A stretch of DNA of 23,494 nt from NCBI GenBank assembly GCA_013416795.1, contig RQSC01000189.1, positions 1 through 23,494 of the forward strand, in the 5' to 3' direction. This DNA is from Prasinococcaceae sp. CCMP 1430 (lineage: Eukaryota; Plantae; Prasinodermophyta). The notes beneath the pieces were generated by a model. It was not told the origin of the DNA, searched no databases, and saw only the letters and a program-made list of their open reading frames with translations. Below, piece after piece: positions 1 through 8,265 of the stretch (position 1 is the first letter of the stretch; the number at the start of each line of letters is the position of its first letter). The position numbers and the translations under genes are program-made.

Positions 1-81
1 CCGCAGCGCGCGGCGCGGGCCGCGCGGCGCGGCAGGTGGCGCGCGGTTTCCGCGCGTTGTGGTGCAGGCGCAGGCGCAGGC

Positions 82-236
82 GCACGCACACACACAAACA
101 CACGCACACACACACACACACACTCTTACACGTGTACACACACGCACACACACACACACACCAGTCACACACACGCACACACACGCGCACGCGCACACGC
201 ACATGCACACACACGCGCGCGCACACGCGCGCGCGC
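82..236. repeat. Imperfect (CA)n/(CACG)n microsatellite
   Basis: Long CA dinucleotide run with CG interruptions, directly visible; it generates the HTHTHT ORFs. Confidence 0.95.
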
Positions 237-709
237 GGTCCGCCCTCGGCCTCGGTGTCCGCGCGCGCGCCGCGCAAACCTGCGCGGCCGCGGAGGCGAA
301 GGCGAAAGCGCGCGGCCGAACGCAAATGCCTGTCAAAACGCACGCACGCACGCGCACATCGATCCGACGCAGCCGCGGCAGCAGCAATTGATCTGAATCT
401 GAATCTCTTTCGGCGCACGAAAATGATGGGCCCGAATGCATTGGATCGATCGATGCATGGATTCGTCTCATGCGGTCGTGCATTGGATGCGTCGGGGGAT
501 GGAAGGGAGACCATCCGATGGGCGCCTCGACCTCGATCTATCGACGGTGGAATGCCTCCTGCGGCGCGATCGGCCGCGCGCGCGGACGCGCGGAAGGGGG
601 ATCCGATCCGGGGCGCAGCGCGCGCCGGCCGGCGTCGCGATTCCGGTACGCAAATGCGATCCGGCCGACCATCGGGCAACGCGCTGCTCCCGCCGCGTGC
701 CGCGCGCGC

Positions 710-775
<66 letters not shown>

Positions 776-860
776 CTGTGTGTGTGTGTGTGTGTGTCTG
801 TGTGTGTGTGTGTGTGTGTGCGTGTGCGTGTGCTGTGCACGCGTGCTCGCAGGCGTGTGT
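710..860. repeat. (TG)n microsatellite
   Basis: Near-perfect TG run 710-773, then an imperfect tail; opposite orientation to the CA tract at 82-236. Confidence 0.95.
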
Positions 861-870
861 TACGCTGCAC

Positions 871-2135
871 CTAGCGCGTCGGCGGCGGCACGTGCGTGCC
901 CACCCACCCCTCCGGCAGCCTCCCCGTCGCCTCGTACGCCGCGTGCACCTCGCCGCGCACCGCCGCGCCGAAGTGCGGCGTGCCCACGCGGCACACGAGC
1001 ACGTGCGCGCCGGCGCGCGCGGCCTCAGGCGGTGCAGCGCGGCGCCCGCGGGCCCCCGCGCCGCCCGGACGGCGTCTTTGCCCTCCTCGCGACGAGGCGC
1101 GCCGTTGCTGCCGGTCCTCTGCAGCCGCGCGAGCGCCCCCGCTGTGTGTGTGGGCGCGCCCTCCGGCGACCAGCTCGCGCGCTCCCGCCCGCCGAAGAGT
1201 GCGCCCGCGTCGCTGCCTGATGACGAGCCCAGGCTGCTCGAGACGCTGCCGCTGCCCCCATGAGTAGCGGCTGCATGGTTCTCGCCCTCCCCGGCGCCCC
1301 TGTCGATGACGGCGCTGGCAGCGATCTGCTCCCATGCGAGGTCCCACCCCCTCGCCTCACCCTCCGCGCAACCGCGCTCGGCGCCGCGCCCCCACTGGCA
1401 CCCGGTGGCCGCGCGGCCGCCGTCGTGGCGAGGCGACGTCGGGGAGAGCAGCAGGTCGCTCGGGAGCGCGCGCGAGAGCTCGTCGACGTCGGCGTCGACG
1501 TCGACGTCGACGCCCGCTCCGTCGCTGTCGGCGACGCACCCCGGGCCGTCGCTGGGCGGTGGGCCGCTCATCACCGGTGCTGTGGAGGCGTCGAGAAAAT
1601 AGTGGAGCGCTCCCATTAAAGTCCCACCCCGCCCGCCCCGACCGCCGCCTCCGATGTGACCGCGTCGGCGGCCTCGCCCTCCTCGCGCGGCTGGCTGGCG
1701 CGCCTGGGGGGGAGGAGGGGGGGCCACGTAGTCGGAGGGTACCTGGGTGGTGACAAAGGCGTGCGTGAGGAGCTCCTCGGCGGTGGGCCGTTCGCGCGGC
1801 TCGCGCCGCATGCACTGCCGCAGGAAGTCGCGCCCCTCGGGGCTCAGGCTGTCCGGCACGGGCGGCGGCGCCTTCGAGGACGCAATGTGGAAGAGCGCCG
1901 AAACCTGCGAGGTGTATTCGCAGAAGGGCGGCTTCCCTGTGGCCATCTCTATGATCGTGCACCCAACCGACCAGATGTCTGCGCTGGAGTTGTGGCCCGT
2001 CTGTTTGATCACCTCGGGCGCCATCCAGTAGGGCGTGCCCTTGATGCTGCGTGCCCCCTCTGCGAGCGTGGTGAGCGTCGCCAGCGACTTGGACGCACCG
2101 AAGTCTGCCAGCTTGACGAAGCCGCTGTTGTCCAC
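871..2135 (-). CDS. Ser/Thr protein kinase, MAP3K (MEKK/NPK1-ANP-like); 5'-truncated at an assembly gap, C-lobe plus low-complexity tail
   Basis: [60 protein letters not shown] covers kinase subdomains VII-XI with the STE11/MEKK-type [10 protein letters not shown]. Sequence breaks at the N (2136) right before VDN. The 3' end is uncertain: the printed frame runs into the microsatellite, while the alternative frame gives a high-GC3 tail ending at TAG 871-873. Confidence 0.85.
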
Positions 2136-2136
2136 N
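2136..2136. other. Assembly gap/join (single N)
   Basis: An N separates the kinase exon from unrelated repeat-rich sequence; no HRD motif or Gly-loop is encoded between 2137 and 2904. Confidence 0.85.
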
Positions 2137-2239
2137 CCGATCCGCCGGATCGGCGCCGAGCCGCTTCTCCGCAGGGCTGGATCGGCGCCGAGCCGTGTGC
2201 AGCCGCAGCCGCGCGCGAGGGCGGCGTGCTGCGCGCGTG

Positions 2240-2304
2240 CGTGTGTGTGTGCGTGCGTGTGGGAGCCAGTGTGCGCGCGTGCACACACACGCACACGCAC
2301 ACGC

Positions 2305-2372
<68 letters not shown>

Positions 2373-2380
2373 GTGTGTGT

Positions 2381-2452
<72 letters not shown>

Positions 2453-2472
2453 CTGTGTGTGGCTGTGTGTGT
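2240..2472. repeat. Compound (TG)n-(CA)n-(TG)n fold-back microsatellite
   Basis: TG tract to ~2381 abuts a CA tract (2382-2420), which abuts another TG tract (2422-2472). Confidence 0.95.
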
Positions 2473-2904
2473 CATGCCCGGTGGGGCCGCTGGTGAGGCG
2501 CGGGAGGGGGGGCGTAGAGCAGCGAGCACTGCCGCGTGGTGGTGGTGTGGGGGACTTGGAAGCCGCCGCGGGCCGACACGGCAGCTGCGCGAGTTGACGC
2601 GACTGCGCGCGATCGGGTGCTGCCTGTCGGAGGAGGGAAAGAGGGGAGACAGCAACGTTGAGAAGTATCATTTCACAGAGAGTGCTTCGCTTCCGGCGCG
2701 TGAATTGCTACACTGTACCATGATACGGCAGCGTCGTCGGAGCCCATCATCGCTGCTGCCGTGTGTGCTCCAAGTCGGTGCTGCTAATGTGCCCATGGGT
2801 GCGCCAATGTGCGCTTGCTGAAGTGCGTGTGCCCGCTCGTTGGTCCGTCGCCGCGCGCTCGCGTGCGCGTGTGCACGCGCCGCGCGCGCGCTACCGCCCG
2901 ACTG

Positions 2905-4242
2905 CTACTCCGACGAGGAGGTGTGAGCCGCGCGCACGCGCGCGATGGTCTTCAGTGCGTCGGCGACGTACGGATGGTCGTCGCTCAGGCCTGCGGCGCG
3001 GTACGCGCGCATCGCGTCATCGCACGCCTCGAGCGCCTCCTCGTGGCGACCGAGCCTGCCGAGCATGTCGCCCATGTTGGCCCGCGCCACCGACGTGTCC
3101 GGATGGGAGTCGCCTAGCGTGGCGCGCCATATGCGCAGAGCGTCTCTGAAGGCCTCGAGGCCCTTGCTGTAGCTTCCCTGCCTGTCAAACACGACGCCCA
3201 TCCCGTTGCGCGTCTGCGCAATGTCCTGGTGGTCGGCACCAAGCGCGGCGCGCTGGGTGCGCAGCGTCTCTTCGTACACCTTGAGCGCTTGGTCGTACCG
3301 CCTTTGGATGCGGTACGCGATGCCCATGGATATACGCGTCTGCGCGACGCTCGGGTGCTCGTCGCCCAGTGCTGCGCGCTGAATGCGGAGCGCCTCCTCG
3401 TACGCCGCGAGAGCCTCGTCGCACCGCCCCAGTCTCTTGCACGCGCCACCGACGTTGCAGAGCGCCTGCGCCACGTCCGGATGGTCGAGGCCAAGCGCGG
3501 CGCGCTGCGCACGCAGCGCATCTTCGGCGCGCGCGAGGTCGTCGCCGGCTCCTTCGGCGTCGGCGGCCTTCTTGGTCGGCAGGTTGGTGACGACGCCCGC
3601 CTCGAGAAGGCGGTTTGCGTCCACGGCGCCCCCCGCGCCGGCGGGCACCGTCGCCTGGAGGAGGAGCTTGCGGCTCGAGTCGAACAATCCCATGCTGGCG
3701 TCGAACTTGTGCAGGTACTTCTTGGCGAGCGACCGGAGGAAGTAGGCCTTGTGGTTGAGGCCCAACCTGCGCCAGCCCTTGTGCTGCCACGCCCCGGCGT
3801 CGCGCTCCAGGTGCAGCGCGGCAAGCAGCATGTCCCTGCACGCCTCCCCCACCGCGACCTCGCTCTCCGTGGCGACGTCGCGGCTGCACACGTCTTCCAC
3901 CACGCCTGTCCACTTCGACACGCGCTTCGCCGCCGCCACGGCCACCGTGTTGGCCGCGCCGTTCAGCCCAGTGGCCCCCGCCACCGCGCGCAGGTGCTCG
4001 AGCGCCTGCTCGACCGCTGGCCTGATGGCGCCGCAGAAGGACACGACCTCGCCCGCGGCACTCGTCTCGGCGTCCGAGGCCGCCAGCACCGCCTCAAGGC
4101 GCTCCACTACGTCGATGCCGCGGCCCTCCGCCACACCGGCGGCGGCGGCGTACTCCAGCCTGCTCAGCTCCAGGTACAGGTCGCCGACGCTGACGCCGCC
4201 ACCTCTGCCCTCGAGCGCCGCGGGCCGCGCGCGGGCGGCCAT
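2905..4242 (-). CDS. TPR protein (42-aa kinesin-light-chain/TPR_12-type repeats) with an N-terminal helical-bundle domain
   Basis: ATG at 4242. The C-terminal half has the repeated LRxQRAALGxDHPxVAxxxxxxG motif (DHPD, EHPS, DHQD, SHPD, DHPY): about 4 full 42-aa units plus flanks. No intron needed. Confidence 0.88.
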   Translation of the reverse strand: MAARARPAALEGRGGGVSVGDLYLELSRLEYAAAAGVAEGRGIDVVERLEAVLAASDAETSAAGEVVSFCGAIRPAVEQALEHLRAVAGATGLNGAANTVAVAAAKRVSKWTGVVEDVCSRDVATESEVAVGEACRDMLLAALHLERDAGAWQHKGWRRLGLNHKAYFLRSLAKKYLHKFDASMGLFDSSRKLLLQATVPAGAGGAVDANRLLEAGVVTNLPTKKAADAEGAGDDLARAEDALRAQRAALGLDHPDVAQALCNVGGACKRLGRCDEALAAYEEALRIQRAALGDEHPSVAQTRISMGIAYRIQRRYDQALKVYEETLRTQRAALGADHQDIAQTRNGMGVVFDRQGSYSKGLEAFRDALRIWRATLGDSHPDTSVARANMGDMLGRLGRHEEALEACDDAMRAYRAAGLSDDHPYVADALKTIARVRAAHTSSSE

Positions 4243-4825
4243 GGCGCCCGGCGGCGCCCAATTTGCGACAGTGTCTGTCGTCAGCACCGGTCAGATGCCC
4301 ATGCGTCCTCGCTTCGCGGGAACGGCGGAATCCGTGGGACCGCGCACGCGCGCGCAGCGCTGCCAGTCAATTCCCGCGTCCAACGCCCCCTTTCGAAACT
4401 CGCTCGGCCATGTGCGTGTGCCGCGAAACAAACCAAAGTTACAGTAGACCACCTGGTACCAAAGGCCCAGCCATGCAAGACCAATGGCCACCGCCAATGC
4501 CCGCGAACACTGGCATGCATTCCCACGCATCAACACGCGCGTGCATGGCACTGCGCGCGTGCACGTATGACAACGCCAGGTCATCCCAGCGCGAGCATGC
4601 GCACTCGGCCCAGCGTGGCGCCCACCGCGCTGCCGGTGCGCACGGGGGCCACGCACGCGTTCGGGTTGGGGTACGGGGACATGTTCTTGTCAACGGATCG
4701 CCCTCTGCTGCTGCGCGGCGGTGCATGCCTGCTCCACCGTCGCCGCCGGCGCGGAGAGGTGAATGCCGTGCGCGCCGGCGCCAGGAAGAGTGGGGCGCGG
4801 GGGCGGCGGGAGGGGGGGGCGGAGC

Positions 4826-5740
4826 CTACTGTGAGGAATTCGAAGGAGGAGGCCCTGGGCCCGGGGCGGGGGCAGGCGCCGGCGACGGGGCGCTTGGGCT
4901 GGTGCCGTTGCTCACGCCGAGGCATGTGAATACAGTGTTGCCCGGCAGCTGCGCGCGTTGCAAATGCATGTTGTCGTGTGAGCATGTAGTGAGCGAGGTG
5001 CGGCATGTCAGTCGCGTCAAGCGTCGGCGAAGCAAGCCCATCGCGTGCCAGTGCGCAGTCTCCACTCTCTAGAGGCACAAGCTCGCGTCGCGACGACGCA
5101 CACCCATGCACTGCGAGTTGGCTGCATCGCAGGCCTGATTGCACACTCCATTGATGAGATCGTTTGGTCCTCCGAGGAAAAGATGGATGGTGGCGGTCTG
5201 GACATCGCCGAACGGCGCCCCGTCCTGACCAAGGGCCGCCGGATCCACGCCATCGCAGGTCGCGGCGCACAGCGGGCCCTGCACCGAGGCGGCTGACACG
5301 CAGGTAGTGGTTGGCACCTCTCCCCATATGCACAGGCCCGACGCGATGTCCTCGTTGCCTGGAAGCCGTCGGTGGGCGGGGAGGAATGCCGTGCGTATGC
5401 ACGCCCTGGCGAGTCAGCCGTTGCGCGTGCAGCGTACTGAGCCTAGGATTTCGTATTGCAGGCAGGCGCGTGCGTGTGTTGTGTTTGCGCGCGGAGGCTC
5501 GCTCGCTCGCTCACCCTGGCAGACGGCCTGGGCGATGTCCGTGCTACAGCCGGCGTCGTCGCCGGGCACGTTGATGTTGACTGGCGAGCCCGCGCTGACG
5601 TATCCGTATAGCGATCCGGGCGGCACGGAACACGTCGCCTTGCACACGGTGCCCACCTCTGCGGGGATAAGGGACGCCCCTGCGCCTGCGGGTAGACGCA
5701 GCGCCGCGGCGCAGGACGCCAGCAGCAGCACCGCACGCAT
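4826..5740 (-). CDS. Secreted Cys-rich protein (~201 aa, 3 exons: 5740-5515, 5358-5102, 4948-4826)
   Basis: Signal peptide MRAVLLLASCAAALRLPAGAGA. Introns GTGAGC..TTCCAG (5514-5359) and GTGCGT..GCGCAG (5101-4949) join three track ORFs in frame. Two 6-Cys units, then a Pro-rich tail SPSAPSPAPAPAPGPGPPP; TGTAA at 4443-4439. Confidence 0.8.
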
Positions 5741-5984
5741 GGCCAGCGGTGGCTGCCCGCTGTCGATCGATCTGTGCTTGTAGTACCTCTTCCCGCCGCG
5801 CCGACTCGTCGCGCGAGGAGCGCGCGAAGGAGGATTGATGCGCGAGCGGGACGGCCGTGTGGCACTGGCAGAGGTGCCCTGACACGGCGCCACAGGTTCG
5901 TCAGGGCAAGCGTCGGTGGGTTTGCGCTGTGGCCGGCTGCGCCCCCACCACTGGCAGGCCACACACGCAGCGGACCGAGCGCCC

Positions 5985-6240
5985 GTCACGGGGCGCGTGG
6001 CCAGGCGCTCCATGATTGCACGCGAGACGCGCGCCGTCCAGCCCGCCGCGGAGGTGCCGTGTGAGTGGTCGGATGAGTGCGCCCGCCGGCCGCCAGTCCA
6101 CACAGGTCCCGACGTTACGCCAGTCGCCAGCCAGTGCCACTCAGCGCCCACTCATTGATTGCGATACGCATCGGTGATTTCCAGTACAGTACCTAGGTAC
6201 TGTACGTTCGCACGGGTAAAGGGGTTATATAGGTTTTGTG
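5985..6240. repeat. Direct repeat, copy 1 (upstream of the Cys-rich gene)
   Basis: 5985-6185 matches 7884-8084 with 3 substitutions in 201 bp; gapped similarity continues to ...GGTTTTGTG at 6240. Confidence 0.95.
6184..6205. repeat. Perfect 22-bp palindrome GTACAGTACCTAGGTACTGTAC
   Basis: Self-reverse-complementary; absent from repeat copy 2. Confidence 0.95.
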
Positions 6241-6573
6241 TATTTGCGCGTCGAACGCGGCTGCGCGTCCGGGAGCGGGAGATGGGGAAGACTCGCTCGT
6301 CAGTCGACGCCCATGCTGCGCCGTAGGTTGGGCGGTTGGAGCGCATCTCGAGTTCTCGACCAACAGCGTGGCTCATGAGTCCCAAGAGCGTCGCAAAGGC
6401 CGCCCGTGGACACCCTCCCGCGTGAGCTCGAGGGACAGCTGGAGAACAGACAGGGTGTATATAGCCGGCTAGCTGATGCACGCCGACGCGCGACGCCAGG
6501 GCGCTCTTCGTTGATGAGAGATAGAGAGAGAGACGGGTCGGTAACAAAGCGCGTGGATCATACAGAGCGCGTG

Positions 6574-7623
6574 TCAAATCTCTTGGGGCGCAGGGCGCGG
6601 GGCCTGTCCACACACGTAGTTGCCGGCGTCAGTGTCGGTGACCGTGTCCGGGATGCTTTCGGCGTACACGCAGAAGCCCGGGCCTTGGTCTGCCACGTAC
6701 ACATCGTCCAGGGCTGTGAGCGGAGAGAAGAGCTGTGGTGACTGTGGGCCGACGAGGCTATTGTTCGTAAAATCCAGCGACGCTAGCTCGTCGAGCCCTA
6801 CAAAGGCGTCGTCGTCGATCGAGCTGATGACATTGTCTGACAGGTCAAGTATATACAGTCCGCTAATGCCTGCAAACGCTCCGGGGCCAATGCTCGACAG
6901 GCGGTTATAGTCGAGCCGCAGGAAGAAGTCGATACCCGGCCCTCCCAGGTCCCGGAAGGGTGTCGGATCGAACGTGCCACTGAGCTCGTTGCCAGAGAGG
7001 AACAGGATCCGGAGGCTGGGGAGGCCGACGAACGCGTCTGGGTCAATGTCGGCGATGCTATTGTCCTCGAGTTCAAGTTCATCCAGGTTCGTCGCCCCGG
7101 CGAACGCGCCATAAGGAATGGACGTGATGTTGTTCCCGCGTAGAGAGAAGCTTTGGAGAGCGGTCATGCCCCAGAGAAGGTTGTTGGGAATTGACGCGAT
7201 GTGATTCTCGTTTATCTCGATGACCTCACACTTGTCGAGGCCATTGAAGACGCCCGGCTGAAAGCCGGTGAGCGAGCCGCCCTCCATGGCGAAGCCGCTG
7301 CACTTGTTGCCAAAGTCGCCGTCGTCGCCCTCAAAGCAGTTGCAGTCGCCCTCCCAAGGCGGCGGCTTGCGCGAGAGCAGGCCACCCTCGTTGTAAAACA
7401 TGCAGGACCCGCACTGAAATGAGAACCCCTCGCCATCATCGTAGTCGCTGGGGCCAGAGCCGACTTCGTCGTCGCCGATGACTACTTTTTTAACACTCTT
7501 ACCAGAGTCGCTTTCGCCAGGAGGGGGCTGGGAGGGCTCCTGCGCGACAGCAGGAGCAACAGCTGCCGCCACCGCTCCGATGGCGACGAGGCCGGCAGCG
7601 AGGGCGCGGGCGATGGGCGGCAT
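6574..7623 (-). CDS. Secreted leucine-rich-repeat protein with 'typical' ~24-aa LRRs and Cys caps, apparently intronless
   Basis: Signal peptide MPPIARALAAGLVAIGAVAAAVAPAVA; N-cap CGSC..CNC..C; about 7-8 LxxLxLxxNxIxxIxxxAFxGLxx units; two C-terminal Cys; no TM segment. Confidence 0.92.
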   Translation of the reverse strand: MPPIARALAAGLVAIGAVAAAVAPAVAQEPSQPPPGESDSGKSVKKVVIGDDEVGSGPSDYDDGEGFSFQCGSCMFYNEGGLLSRKPPPWEGDCNCFEGDDGDFGNKCSGFAMEGGSLTGFQPGVFNGLDKCEVIEINENHIASIPNNLLWGMTALQSFSLRGNNITSIPYGAFAGATNLDELELEDNSIADIDPDAFVGLPSLRILFLSGNELSGTFDPTPFRDLGGPGIDFFLRLDYNRLSSIGPGAFAGISGLYILDLSDNVISSIDDDAFVGLDELASLDFTNNSLVGPQSPQLFSPLTALDDVYVADQGPGFCVYAESIPDTVTDTDAGNYVCGQAPRPAPQEI

Positions 7624-7883
7624 GCTCGCTCCGTCGTCCTAGCTAGCAGGATTGCAGGAGGTGCAACTCGGACCGTATGATCTGAAAGGGCGCCGCGTTC
7701 ACCGCGCCACGCTGCACGTAGTAATAAGCGCTGGGGAAGGGGGGGGGGGGGGGCAGTGTGGTGCAGTGCGCTGCGCACTCGCTCCCACACCGCGCGACAG
7801 GAGCAAGCAAGGGAGGGCGCCATCGCAGCAGCCACGCGCACGCACACGCTGATACGTGCTATATACGCGTAGATAGACGCACG

Positions 7884-8133
7884 GTCACGGGGCGCGTGGC
7901 CAGGCGCTCCATGATTGCACGCGCGACGCGCGCCGTCCAGCCCGCCGCGGAGGTGCCGTGTGAGTGGTCGGATGAGTGCGCCCGCCGGCCGCCAGTCCAC
8001 ACAGGTCCCGACGTTACGCCAGTCGCCAGCCAGTGCCACTCAGCGCCCACTCATTGAGTGCGATACGCATCGGTGACTTCCAGTGCGCTCGCACGGGTTA
8101 GGGTTTCGTTTCGGGTTTTATAGAGGTTTTGTG
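7884..8133. repeat. Direct repeat, copy 2 (upstream of the LRR gene, within the divergent intergenic region)
   Basis: Near-identical to 5985-6240; lacks the palindromic insertion. Confidence 0.95.
8098..8106 (-). promoter_or_regulatory. Telo-box (AAACCCTAA)
   Basis: TTAGGGTTT on the + strand, a single interstitial copy between divergent genes; telo-boxes are known plant promoter elements. Confidence 0.5.
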
Positions 8134-8265
8134 GTCGCCCGTGGGTGTACGCGATGTTTCAATTATCGTGCTGAACGATTCAGTAGTTTACGGTGTATCA
8201 TCGATCGAACATTTCCCCAAAAAGAATGCAAATTCATATCACAAACGCGCGGAGAGCACTACGAA

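Noticed and set aside
36-1263. Long ORFs with HTHTHT / CVCVCV runs (also 2009-2821)
   Set aside because: Translations of CA/TG microsatellites that lack stop codons; no coding signal.
5859-6140. 11-bp inverted pair GTGGCACTGGC / GCCAGTGCCAC
   Set aside because: The core CACTGGC/GCCAGTG occurs many times across the window, including in CDSs; consistent with chance at this GC content.
7481-7501. GTAAGA..GTAG 21-nt in-frame 'intron' in the LRR gene
   Set aside because: Too short for a spliceosomal intron and reads through as GKSVKKVV.
5901-8057. Paired ORFs beginning MALAGDWRNVG (5901-6140, 7482-8039) and their + strand counterparts
   Set aside because: They are identical only because they span the repeat, diverge immediately outside it, and lack coding bias.
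8095-8130. Telomere remnant
   Set aside because: Only one perfect TTAGGGTTT plus degenerate neighbours; better explained as a promoter telo-box.
5985-8133. LTR retrotransposon (TRIM/LARD) interpretation of the direct repeats
   Set aside because: No TG..CA ends, no TGG primer-binding site or polypurine tract in either orientation, and no convincing 4-6 bp TSD (a CGCCCGT match near both ends is offset and likely chance at this GC).
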